Shown here one piece after another: positions 1-12,176 of a stretch of 64,000 nt of DNA; the stretch's first letter is position 1, and the number at the start of each line of letters is the position of its first letter. The DNA is from Octopus sinensis (Eukaryota). The notes beneath the pieces are model-generated. The model was given only the letters and a program-made list of their open reading frames with translations. It did no database searches and was not told the origin of the DNA. A program made the translations under genes and the position numbers. The stretch is from assembly GCF_006345805.1 (NCBI RefSeq), contig NC_043001.1, positions 123,380,001-123,444,000 of the forward strand, given 5' to 3'.

Positions 1-345
1 GGGTGAAGTTTGATTGAAAAGGTGAGAGACAAATAGATAAACACTGAGCAAAAACGAAAGGAAAACAAACCAACAAAAAAAAGGGACATAATAAAGGTAA
101 GAAAGAACAGTGAAATATTTTATAAATATAGCCGGCATTTCCATCGGAAATCATCGTCTGATGTCATTTGTTATATCAGGCATATTTAGTTTTTTTCAAA
201 ATGGCTGTCTACTCCAAAACAATGAATCCTTCCTGTTTGTAGTAGCAATGCAAACGTAAACAAGTAAAACAATTGCTTCAGCCTCATATATATATATATA
301 TTTGTGTGTAAGTATGTATGCATGTATTTGCGTATATATGCATAT

Positions 346-679
346 ATGCATGGCTCAGTGGTTAGAGCGTCGAGCTTACGATCGTGAGGTTGTGAGCTCG
401 AATCCCGGACCGGGATGCGTGTTGTGTTCTTGAGCAAGACACTTTATTTCACGTTGCTCCAGTTCACTCAGCTGTAGAAATGAGTTGCGACGTCACAGGT
501 GCCAAGCTGTATCGGCCTTTGCCTTTCCCTTGGATAACACTGGTGGCGTGGAAAGGGGAGGCCGGTATGCATGGGCGACTGCTGGTCTTCCATAAACAAC
601 CATGCCCAGACTTGTGACTAGGAGGGTAACTTTCTAGGTGCAATCCCATGGTCAGTGTCGTGACCGAAGGGGGTCCCGG

Positions 680-680
<1 letters not shown>
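346..680 (+). mobile_element. tRNA-derived SINE, group B head + CORE-like body + tail type T5
   Basis: A box TGGCTCAGTGGTTAG (351), B box-like GAGCTCGAATCCC, then gttgtgttcttgagcaagacacttt...cagttcactcagctgtagaaatgag (CORE-like); ends at a (TA)n tract. Confidence 0.85.
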
Positions 681-716
<36 letters not shown>

Positions 717-721
717 CATAC

Positions 722-766
<45 letters not shown>

Positions 767-787
767 CATATACATATATATATATAG

Positions 788-1172
788 TTCTTTACTCTTA
801 TTCTTTTACTTGCTTCAGTCATTTGAATGCGGCCATGTTGGAGCACAGCGTTTTTAGTTGAATCAGTTGACCCCAGGCCATATTCTTTGTAAGCTTGGTA
901 TTTATTCTATCGGTTTCTTTTGCCGAACCTTTAAGTTACGGGCACATAAACATCCACAACGTCGATTGTGAAACGACGGTGAGGGGACAAACACAGACAC
1001 AAAGTCACATAAACACACACACATACACACACGCACACACACACACACTCACACACACACGCACACATATGTATATATGACGGGTTCTTTTTAAGTTTCC
1101 GTCTACCAAATCCACTCACAAGGCTTTGGTCGGCCCGAGGCTATAGTAGGAGACACTTACCACACAGCCACG
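788..1172 (-). mobile_element. tRNA-derived SINE group A (internal microsatellite), 5' part internally deleted
   Basis: Collinear with copies at 8326, 41241 and 44902 (cagtcatttga..gcggccatg, ttattctatcgg, gtttccgtctaccaaatccactcacaagg); about 70 bp of the head missing. Confidence 0.9.
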
Positions 1173-1185
1173 TCTATATATAAAG

Positions 1186-1222
<37 letters not shown>

Positions 1223-1923
1223 CGTGTGTATCACCCCACCATGGCTGTAGTTTAATGACTGAAACGAGTAAAATAGTAAAAAAAGATATACACATGCAAT
1301 CCACTCGCATATATTGTGCACAATACACACACACATTTATTTTAGCATAGCTATGAAAATATGAATATGTATGTGTATGTCTGTCAGTGTGCTTTGTAGT
1401 TCCAGATATATAGATTAGCTAAAACGTTGTCTTTCTAATCACGAGGACGCGATTTCTTTCCCTCTAATTAGACGCTTATCGTGGCTATGTGTCTTCGACG
1501 TTGGGTTTATCCAGCATTTATGAGTGAAATTATTTGTGTTTGTGTGGAATCCAGTTGAGACTATGTATCTATTAGTCTATTAATCGACAGAAAGGAACAC
1601 AGAAACAAACAGGGAGAGAAAATAGAAAAATGGTTTAGTGGGAGCGATTTATCATGGCGAATGCCGGATAGAGGAGTCACACAAATTTATCTACCTATCT
1701 AAATATCTATTAATCCATATATCTATCTGTCTGTATCTCTATCTATATATGTGCGTGTGTACGTGTGTATGTCATTATTTCACTTTCGGGCCAAAATCTA
1801 ATATACTCACAGTCGAAATCGACGGAGGATCTCAAAACAGAAGAGAAAAATATATTCTTTCGCGTTTTAATTAGTTGTTCTTTCATTCTTTCAAGATAAG
1901 ATCATATTGAAGTTCTACTTTGA

Positions 1924-2112
1924 CCCTTTTGATACCAACCCACCTGAAACCGCCACTGGCTCTGTAGTACAAACGTCTTGTTTTCATAGGTTCTGAATTA
2001 AAATCTTCCACAAAACCTTAGACTAAATGATAACTAAGTTATTTTATTAAATTATATTTAAAATGAATTGAAAGAAACAGAGCATCTCAACAAAAATATG
2101 GTAACGAAAGGG
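1924..2112. mobile_element. piggyBac-like MITE (non-autonomous)
   Basis: Imperfect terminal inverted repeats ccctttTgAtacca / tggtaacgaaaggg beginning CCC; flanked by ttga (1920-1923) and TTAA (2113-2116). Confidence 0.6.
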
Positions 2113-2149
2113 TTAAACACCTCAAATATGTGTATTTATATTCAATCCA

Positions 2150-2276
<127 letters not shown>

Positions 2277-2279
2277 GGG

Positions 2280-2710
2280 CAGGTACACCATCTTGTCACT
2301 TGGATCTCCTCGACCGTGTTCTGAAGTGAGTCTCTAATTTGATTGGTCCCTTTTTTGCTTAAACTCTACAACTCTTGTCACATCGACTTGACGTCGCCAG
2401 ACTTAGTCCTTCCTATCATCATTGCCACTAGAAGTGCGCAGATGAACTTTCTCTCTTAGATCCAGATGACTTTGTGCCATCTCACTTGACTTGAAACTCG
2501 TAGAGTCTTCATCCAAATCCTATTGTACTTCCACGAATAAGGAAGTCTTTTATGGTCGAAGCTTTTTTTTTTCTCCAACTGCCAGACTGGGGAACTCTTC
2601 CTATCTCATTGTTTTCCCCATTAATATGACCTTACACTTTCAAGTAAATTCATTCTTTTCGTCTTAATTTCTCCTTCATACTCCCTTACGCTAAATGGTT
2701 TCTCTCCTTG
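2280..2710 (-). mobile_element. Possible highly decayed LINE (RTE-like) reverse-transcriptase fragment
   Basis: Minus-strand broken frames give KCKVILMG, KDFLIRGSTI and [17 protein letters not shown], loosely resembling RTE ORF2 motifs (KTKVM, DFxYLGSxI, IRxxLxxxxIEExxxxRW); many stops and frameshifts. Confidence 0.3.
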
Positions 2711-2764
2711 TTTGGAACTTTAGCAGAAAAAAAACGTTATATTTGCATACTTATATCTAAAGAT

Positions 2765-2958
2765 GGAGAGCTGGCAGAATCGTTAGCACAGCAGACAAAA
2801 TGCTTTGCGTTATTTCGTCCGTCTCTCCGTTCTGAGTTCATATGCTGCCTAGGTAGACTCTGCCGTCCATACATTCAGAGATCAATAAAATAAATACCAG
2901 TCAAACATTGGCCCTGATGTAATTGACTAAACCTCTCACATAAAAATTGCCGGTCTTT
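2765..2958 (+). mobile_element. tRNA-derived SINE group C
   Basis: gagctggcagaatcgttagca head, gagttcaNat B box; homologous to the 20769 copy. Confidence 0.85.
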
Positions 2959-3459
2959 TAGCTCAAAATCAGAAAGAAATATTCAAGTAGACCATAAAAC
3001 GAAAATCTACCCATCGCTTGTCATTATTAATCCTATGGCATGTCAGCGATTCCCAGTTACCTTCAAGAAGAGACTCGAGTAAAATCTCTATATGAATTTG
3101 ATACAAGTTACCAAAATGGAAATGCACTTCAATTCTTTGTTTTAATACGTAGTTTAATGTTTTCGCACGTGAAGCCATCACACTATTTAAATACACTTTA
3201 TATTATGAAAGTTAACTATAAAAAACACATATTATGTTTTATGAAACTATAAATGATTTTCACACACACACACACACTATATATGCATAAGCATATATAA
3301 TACACAAACACACATACACACACACACATATACGGTGTGTGATGTTTTTATATTCTCACGATATAATAGGTGTATAAAGGTGAAAATATATGTATATCTT
3401 TCATATACACGCCCTACATATGTGTGAATATACATACATATACATACATACATACATAT

Positions 3460-3493
<34 letters not shown>

Positions 3494-3807
3494 ATATATA
3501 TAGTATGTATGTATGTATATATGGGCGTACGTAAATAAGAACTGCTACATTAATTTTCCTTTATTTCTTGAGGTGTCAAAATTTTCGTTGCACTTTTTCC
3601 ACCTGGTCACCGATACAACTTAACAGCAACGTAATATCTGATACCTCATAAAATAAACGAACAGTTGATATAAAAGTTCTTGTGTGTTCTTAAATGATTA
3701 AAATGATGGCTCTTCTGCGATATAATTGCTTCCTACAAATACATTTACACAAACACACACTCGCACACATGTAGATATATATGTATGTGTGTGTATTATA
3801 TAATATA

Positions 3808-3870
<63 letters not shown>

Positions 3871-3893
3871 TATATATATATTATATATATATG

Positions 3894-3943
<50 letters not shown>

Positions 3944-4437
3944 TATATTAATCTGTTTCCGTGAATTTTGGCGGGCTGTGGCAGGGGCACTTGAATTATA
4001 ACAGCGAATGCAATCGACTGAACCACACGTGTGTTTATCGTTATGGTAAAATCTAGCGTGCGGTTGGGTAAATTGTATTCTGGACGGATTCGGCTGAAGA
4101 GCTACAGATATATTATGTGAGTAAAATTACATAATTTATTAATAGTGAAACAATTGTCCTGGACTAATCTGCATTTTTGTTATTTTTATTTGCCCTGTTC
4201 GTTTGCGCTAGTAGTCGTGCTAACTTTCATCGGAAACAATTCTTTGTGGCTGAAACCTAGCGGATCTATTTTTAATGCTAGGGTCGACCACATAGTGGTT
4301 ACTCTCTTATATTTATGTGTAAAATTCATCGAAATCCAGGATTTTTATGCACTAAGCAACTTGGTGTTAAATGGATGTACTATTAATTAGTATCCAATTT
4401 TCTCACCCTATTAGTTGTTATATATATATTATATATA

Positions 4438-4536
<99 letters not shown>

Positions 4537-4544
4537 TAATATAA

Positions 4545-4750
4545 GGGAAGTTTTACGAAAATAAACAAAAGACGAGGCAGGTGGAGTACAAACAAACAAA
4601 TGTATTAGTATGGCGCTCAGGAATAGAAATAGAACAAGTCTTTTACGTTTCGAGCCTACGCTCTTCAACAGAAAGATACACAGAAAAGAAACAAAGAGAG
4701 AAACAAGGAGAGAAAAAAAATGCGTGTAGGAGCTAATGGTCTATCATGGC
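4545..4750 (-). mobile_element. Penelope-like (PLE) terminal-repeat remnant, family D copy 1, carrying a hammerhead-like motif
   Basis: Homologous to 62085-62200; contains ctgttgaagagcgtaggctcgaaacgta on the minus strand; 3' end abuts a (TA)n tract. Confidence 0.55.
4639..4676 (-). ncRNA. Minimal type I hammerhead ribozyme-like motif (variant core CUGUUGA)
   Basis: UCUUU-CUGUUGA-A-GAGC(GUAG)GCUC-GAAA-CG-UA-AAAGA: 5-bp stem I, 4-bp stem II, palindromic ACGU in place of stem III, GUA site. Confidence 0.55.
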
Positions 4751-4800
4751 GTTTACATATTTATTCTTACACGTACTCACACACACATTTATATGTACTT

Positions 4801-5062
4801 GGATGCATGGTCTAGTGGTTAGGGTGTTACACTTACGATCGCAAGATCGTGGGTTCTATTTCTAGACCTGCAGTGTGTTGTGTTTTTGAGCAACACATTT
4901 CATCTGTCGTTGCTTTGCGATTGCATCGACATCTAACGTGTGGTTAACTGTACACCTGTTCAGGTAACATCGATTTGATGGAGGGAGTGAGCTAATATAC
5001 AGCGACTCATTTGTGTAGATTCTGAGCAAAAACTGAACAGAACTTTCGTGAGTAGTCCTCGG
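4801..5062 (+). mobile_element. tRNA-derived SINE, group B head + CORE-like body + tail type T4
   Basis: gcatggtctagtggttaggg A box, ggttctatttc B box-like, gtgttgtgtttttgagcaacacattt CORE-like block. Confidence 0.75.
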
Positions 5063-5402
5063 GAGAAGTTCCCAACCACATGGTCCTGGGTTCATTCTCA
5101 CCGTGTGGCACCTTGGGCATGTTATAGCCTCGGCTGACCAAAGCCTTGTGATTGGATTTGGTAGCCCGTCGTATGTATATATGTATATATCTGTGTGTGT
5201 CTTTGTATCTGTATTTGGTCTCCCCCCACCGCTTGACAGTCGGTCTTGGTGTTTTTATCTCCACGTAACTTAGTGGCTCGGCCCAAGAGACCGATAGAAT
5301 AAATACCAAGCATTTTTAAAAGAATGTTCTGGGGTCGATTTGTTTAAGTAAAAACCCTTGAAGTCGTTGTCCCAGCATTTCCTCAGTCTGATGATTGAAA
5401 AG
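5062..5402 (+). mobile_element. SINE group A, diverged
   Basis: ccaaccacatggtcctgggttca...ggcaccttgggca...ccgatagaataaatac...ggggtcgattt; internal (TA/TG)n tract. Confidence 0.85.
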
Positions 5403-5407
5403 AACTA

Positions 5408-5424
5408 ATCTATCTATCTATCTA

Positions 5425-5521
<97 letters not shown>

Positions 5522-5522
5522 A
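5408..5522. repeat. (TCTA)n tetranucleotide microsatellite
   Basis: Direct reading. Confidence 0.95.
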
Positions 5523-6162
5523 TATTACTCTCTCTGTCTGGAAAATGTGCAATAAAACCTAGTTTTCCGAAATACGCGGAATACTAGGCTGAGTTTACTT
5601 AACTACCCTAAAATATTACATGCCAAACTAATCTGCTAAAATGAAAACACCAGAGTGCTAATACTATACAACCAACAAGACACAGTTTAATCGTCTTTAA
5701 CTTCCTACAATAATCGGTTAGCATATAAACACAACACTAATTTAACTCATTATTTATTGTCAGCTAACTACGGACACTTAAGTCTATTTTATACTCTACT
5801 TTAAATGATAGATTATTAGAGGAAATGAGGGTTAATTTTCTGAAAATGCTTGATGCGAATGTTATGATAACAACGATTCCGTCTCTTCCTTTTTTTTTAT
5901 TGCTTAGCAAATAAAGAGAATATATGTCGTTAAAGAAAATATTGAGTGAACAAGGAGTCATCATGTTTTTATTACAATTACAACGCAGCGTGGCAGAGTT
6001 GTTCCAAATTCCACAGATACTTTGTTCTATTACTAAAAAGTGTCCTATGAGTATAAAGTTCTACTACTATTATTATTACATAATACATACATAGATACCA
6101 TACATATATATATATATTTAAAAAAAAATATATATATATAGAGAGAGAGAGAAAAATAAATG

Positions 6163-6197
<35 letters not shown>

Positions 6198-6219
6198 AAT
6201 ATATATATATATATATATA

Positions 6220-6450
6220 TACTAAGAATAGGTTTAGCAACGAGTTGCCTTACCACATACCGAATTTAGAAATAGCAGTCAAAGGGTTATAGCTATTTCT
6301 TCTACTAAAAAAAGGGAGATCTCAGTAAAAACAGCATGCTGGTTTTACTGAGATCTCCCTTTTTAGTAGAAGAAATAGCTATAACCTGTGACTGCTATTT
6401 CTAAATTCGGTATGTGTAAGGCACTCGTTGCTAAACCTTATTGCTTAGTA
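6220..6450. repeat. Loopless fold-back palindrome (arms about 115 bp)
   Basis: Centre cagca|tgctg at 6336/6337; arms reverse-complementary out to tactaag (6220) / cttagta (6450) with several small indels. Confidence 0.9.
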
Positions 6451-6853
6451 TTACTTAAATTTTCCTCGAATGGGCTTTTTACAGCCGAAGACTACTTGGT
6501 GTAATTGATAATTTTTCCAAATTAATTAATTTCACCCTCATTATATATATATATATATATATATAGGACCATATAATATATGTTCCTCCATACCGAAATA
6601 CTACAAGGTGAAATTTATTGATTTCATTAAATTAATTATATTTCACCCTTTATCTGTATTAGATATATATATAATATATATAATATATATATATATTATA
6701 TATATATAAATATTATATTAGATATATATATATATCATATATATATATCTATATATATATATATATTTATATTTATAATATATATATCTATGTATATATA
6801 TATATACATACCATACATATATATATATGTGGTGTGTGTGTGTGTGTGTGTAT

Positions 6854-7214
6854 GTGGAGGTGCAATAGCCAGCGAACTCATGGTCGTACAATCGCGGTTC
6901 GATTCCCAGACCAGGCGTTGTGAGTGTATGTTAAGCGAAAACATCCAAGCTTCCCGAGGCTCCGGCAGTGGGTGCTGGCGAACTCTGCTGTACTCTTTCA
7001 CCACGACTTTCTCTCACTCTTTCTTCCTGTTTCTGTTGTATTTGTATTTCAAAGGGCCAGCTTCCAATTTCTGTGTCACGCTGAATTTCCCGCGAACTAC
7101 GTTAAGGTACAGGTGTCTATAAAGTGCTCAGCCACTTGCACGTTAATTTCACAAGCAGGCTATCGTGATCGGATCAACTGAACCGCATCGTCGTCGTAAC
7201 CGACGGAGCAGTGC
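6854..7214 (+). mobile_element. tRNA-derived SINE, group B head + non-CORE (OR-like) body + tail T1
   Basis: gtggaggtgcaat..ggttcgattcccagacc, cgttgtgagtgt..gcgaaaaca..gctccggcag body; tail homologous to the minus copy at 25517. Confidence 0.85.
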
Positions 7215-7493
7215 TACGATATATATATATATTATATATATATATTATATATAATATATATATATATTCATACATACATAATACATACATACATACAACA
7301 TACATAATATTTACATACTACATACATACACATATATATATATATATATTATATTTGATAAGCATAACAAATGCGCAACCGGTAAAAAGAACTTTCACCT
7401 AATTAAATTACTTAAATTACTTCAATTATTTGTCAGCATTTTCTTCATTTCCTTTTTTATATATCACCCACTCGTGTTCGACATCTCCTTTTT

Positions 7494-7541
<48 letters not shown>

Positions 7542-7747
7542 TATAATATATATATATAACATACATCGTCTTCTTCGTCTGCCGCCAGGCAGTTTTTCTA
7601 AATACGTCAGTTAAGCTTCGTTGAACTGTCTAAAGTCGTAAGACCACCCTGTTTTTGGCCTGTCATTACTATTATTGTTTGGTGTATTTAATTCGTGTGG
7701 CATGGTCAGTTATTCTGTCCCCTTTTCGTATACAGTCGATCCTTTTC

Positions 7748-7847
7748 NNNNNNNNNNNNNNNNNNNNNNNNNNNNNNNNNNNNNNNNNNNNNNNNNNNNN
7801 NNNNNNNNNNNNNNNNNNNNNNNNNNNNNNNNNNNNNNNNNNNNNNN
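7748..7847. other. Assembly gap (100 N, standard unknown-size scaffold join)
   Basis: Exactly 100 N. Confidence 0.99.
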
Positions 7848-8325
7848 GATTGATAGTCAGGAAAGGAAGGCTGATAATGAATTATAAGTTCAAGAACACG
7901 GTTGGATAGATTTAGAGAGATTGTGTTATGTGTATGAGCGTTGAAGTTCACTCAAGGGAAGATACACGTACGTATACCGAGGAAGAGAAACAGGTACTAT
8001 TAGATGCATATATATTTTTACTATACTGTATGTTTTATTTGTTTCGTCCCTTAAAATTATTGCATACATTGCTATTGCTCCGATAATCTTTGAGAAACAA
8101 GATTATCGGATGAATAGCCATAAGTTGTTACTGGCGTTGTTGTTGCTGTTCTTCTTCTCCTTCGTCTTCCAATCAGGACACACGCCATTAGCCATAAAGA
8201 ATAATATCTAATTCGAGCAAGCTCTAAGCTACTAAGAATGCGTGTGACAACTTGAATATCCACCCACCACACGCGATAGACTGGCGGTTGCACGGGCGCG
8301 AAAGCTACGTTGTTATCCTCATTCC

Positions 8326-8738
8326 AGGCGCGGGAGTGGCTGTGTGGTAAGTAGCTTGCTAACCAACCACATGGTTCCCGGTTCAGTCCCACTGCGTGGC
8401 ATCTTCTGCTATAGCCCCGGGCCGACCAATGCTTTGTGAGTGGATTTGGTAGACGGAAACTGAAAGAAGCCTGTCGTATATATGTATATATATATATGTG
8501 TGTGTGTCTGTGTTTGTGTGTCTGTGTTTGTGTGTCTGTGTTTGTCTCCCTAGCATTGCTTGACAACCGATGCTGGTGTGTTTATGTCCCCGTTACTTAG
8601 CGGTTCGGCAAAAGAGACCGATAGGATAAGTACTGGGCTTACATAGAATAAGTCCCGGGGTCGAGTTGCTCGATTAAAGGCGGTGCTCCAGCATGGCCAC
8701 AGTCAAATGACTGAAACAAGTAAAAGAGTAAAAGAGTA
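8326..8738 (+). mobile_element. SINE group A, near full length
   Basis: A box tggctgtgtggta, B box ggttcagtccc, internal (TA)(TG) tract, tail gactgaaacaagtaaaagagtaaaagag. Confidence 0.95.
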
Positions 8739-8869
8739 TTCCGTAAACGGTGGCTTTTAACGGGTGGAGAGCTGAACCATCCTGGGGGACAGAGGATTCA
8801 GAAGCTAGACTAGGGTCTGAAATTTACTAACACCATAGTGGGTTACACCATGGTTCCTCTACTTTGTGG

Positions 8870-9052
8870 CAGAAGTTGGAAGAAAGAGGGAGAGAAAGTT
8901 GTGGTGAAAGAGTACAGCGGGGTTCACACCAGCCCCACCTCCCCCGTCGGAGCTTCGTGGAGCTTAGATGTTTTTGCCCAGTCTGGAAATCGAAGCGGCG
9001 TTCTTACGATCGCAAGTCCGCTGCTCTAACCACTGGACCATTACGCCTCCAC
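8870..9052 (-). mobile_element. SINE group B (OR-like body), 3' truncated
   Basis: Reverse complement of gtggaggcgtaatggtccagtggttagagcagcggacttgcgatcg; shares ggagcttcgtggagctt with the 25517 and 35311 copies. Confidence 0.85.
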
Positions 9053-9851
9053 TGGCGTTGTTGGCATGGTCGTTTAGCTCCATGCCAAACTTCATTGAGT
9101 AAACTTATAATGTAAGTCTCTCAGTTGAAGCTTTTGTTTTTTTCATTTTTGTTCTAAAGATTAATGCATGCAAGACGACATGATCAAACGTGACCTTCCT
9201 TTTTTTGAGGAAATCGGATGTCAGATCGAGGAAGATTTAGTCGCTAATTCTAGAGGCTCAAGCAAACGCTTTGAAACTCCACTACTGGAAGTGCAATGCC
9301 GTCCATTCAGCTCATGATATTTTAGTCGACTACAACCAGAGAGGTGGGGCTGTTGCATTATAAAATGTCGAGAGGAAGGTCCCAAAACGGTACGCATGCT
9401 TTCCTGATAATCCCCAAAAGCTATAGGCATGCATCATATCGAGCTTCGATTAGCAGCATAAAGAAGATCTTTGCATGTTTTTACAGGGATAAATCATAGT
9501 TTTATTATTTAAGAGTCATGACTCTTCGACGAGATATCACATCATCGTGTTAACGAAGATCGCATAGAGTGAATATTTCATACATATATACTGCTAAAAT
9601 TTTGTGAGCAGTAAATATTGTGCTGTAAGTTTTTATATATGTTGCTTTGTGTAGAACAAGTTCGCGAGCGTTTTATATTTTATCGAGTATTTCAAAAATT
9701 AGATATCATATTTTCCATAGCGTTTTCAGAATTGTACATTTCAACACATACGTAGGGTATAGTTGTCACAAAGTGCTTAGATATATGAAATATAACGCAT
9801 AATTCTATAATTCACAGAACTATCGTTAGTAGCCATGTACATATGCACGTA

Positions 9852-9927
<76 letters not shown>

Positions 9928-9938
9928 ATATATATATA

Positions 9939-9988
<50 letters not shown>

Positions 9989-10646
9989 TGTATTCATATA
10001 TATATATATGTATAATAAATATATATATATATATATCTATATATATATATGATATAAACATCTATTTAATACTTACTCTTACAAAGAATATATTGAATTC
10101 CTGGGAAATTCATCAAAGTTGAGAGAGATAGAGAAACCGAGAGAGAAAGAGAGAGAGAGGGAGAGAAAAAGAATGAGATTCAGAGAGAAGGAGAGAGAGA
10201 AAAGTGAGCCAAACAGACTGACAGAAGGAGAGACAGACAGAAAGAAAGAGAAAGGACTCTCTTATGAAATCTAGGATTTATCATTAGGGAGAGATAGAGA
10301 GAGAGAGAGAGAGCGAATGAGAGAGAGGGAAGGAGTCAGAGAAGGGGTATATAAATGTTTGAGTATTTTTTCTATTGGCTTTTTTACTACGTATTTCTAA
10401 CTATTTGGGAATATGTATAAGTAAACGTATTTACATGTATATAGGTGTTTATCTATATGTCTCTCTTCTCTTTCTCTCTGTTCCTGTCTGCTTCTCTGCC
10501 AGCACTTTCTCTCTTTCTCTCACTCACTCACTCACTCTGTCCGTCCGTCTGTCTGCCTGTGTTTCCCTCCTCACTCTTTCCTTCTCTCTCTTCGTCTCTC
10601 CCTCTTCGTCTCTCCCTCTTCGTCTCTCTCTCTCTCTCCCTCTTTG

Positions 10647-10678
<32 letters not shown>

Positions 10679-10829
10679 TGATAAAATACTGATTTTTTCT
10701 ACATCTGTATTTGAAATCTTTCCATGTGCACCCCATTCACTCTCCCTGTCCCTTTGCCTGAATAACACGTACATATATACATAAATGTATGTGTGCATAT
10801 ATATATACATATACCTACATATATATATG

Positions 10830-10956
<127 letters not shown>

Positions 10957-11022
10957 ATATATATATATATGTGTGTGTGTGTACATATGTCTCTCTATAT
11001 GCATGTACATAATCTCTGCCTG

Positions 11023-11095
<73 letters not shown>

Positions 11096-11532
11096 CTATA
11101 TACATGTATGAGTATATGTAGGTGTGTGTTTTTCTGTAAGTTAATCAATCAATCATTACATATGTAAAGCTAAAAACAAACACAGATGCTTCGTAACATA
11201 ACATGCAGTGTGTGTGTTCAGGACGAAGAGATGCATTGAATAATTAAACAACCCTACAAGAAAACGTTGAATCAATATTTTATACACAGCTTCATAATGA
11301 GTTTTAACAGGGAATTCTCAAACGCATATATGCATCTACATACGCACAGACACTCTCATAGGCAGTCATGTACGTGCGCATACATGTATATACGCATACA
11401 TGTACATGTGCATACAGGTAGATTCGCTTATATGTACAAGCACACACACACACACACACACACGTACAAGCACATCACGTCCATATACAAATGCATGTTC
11501 ACACGTTCACATCCGGACGCATATATATATAT

Positions 11533-11566
<34 letters not shown>

Positions 11567-12125
11567 CGTATATACTTACTTTGATACACTTTCGAATCTC
11601 ATCTCTATTCTTTTCAAATATATGCATTTATACATTGCAATGGGAATATTACGTTCATAAAATGCTACTCTCCCTCTCCCCCCCTCTCTCTCTCTATATA
11701 TATATATGTATATTATATATATATATATATATATATAATATGTATATATATCCATAGATATAGTGATCATGTATTATATACATGTACACATTCTTATGTC
11801 TGTGAGTGTGTAACCATCAAGGTGTCCTACAAGATACATTGAGGTAAATAATCAATATGTTACATTTTAGCTACTTACCTCCTGTTTGTTTAATTTGCAT
11901 ACAGGCAAAAATCACAGCTCTGATTACCTGCTGAGTTACTGTTCCCCTCTCGGTGATTAAAAATCTCGCTAACACGAACAAAAATGGCATTGCTTAGGTT
12001 GACGTGTGTCTATCTGCCAAGTTTGGTGAATACGATGAAAACATGTAGGCATATATAAATACACATGCATGTGTGTGTGTGCATGCATATATATATATAT
12101 ATACACGCGCACATATATGTATATC

Positions 12126-12176
<51 letters not shown>

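Noticed and set aside
346-420. tRNA-like A/B boxes (also at 22165, 35600, 41810)
   Set aside because: They continue into SINE bodies and do not form a full cloverleaf, so they are not tRNA genes.
6462-6500. cctcgaatgggctttttacagccgaagac as a hammerhead
   Set aside because: GGC/GCC could be a stem II, but neither CUGANGA nor GAAA is intact.
8072-8566. 164-aa minus-strand ORF and similar ORFs containing RQASFSFRLPNPLT or MPKVPRSGTEPGTMWL
   Set aside because: These peptides recur wherever a group A SINE lies; they are SINE translations, not genes.
9061-9088. 9-bp-stem hairpin ttggcatgg/ccatgccaa; also the 18-bp AT palindrome at 16873-16890 and a 9-bp IR at 52163-52201
   Set aside because: Short enough to be expected by chance in 64 kb.
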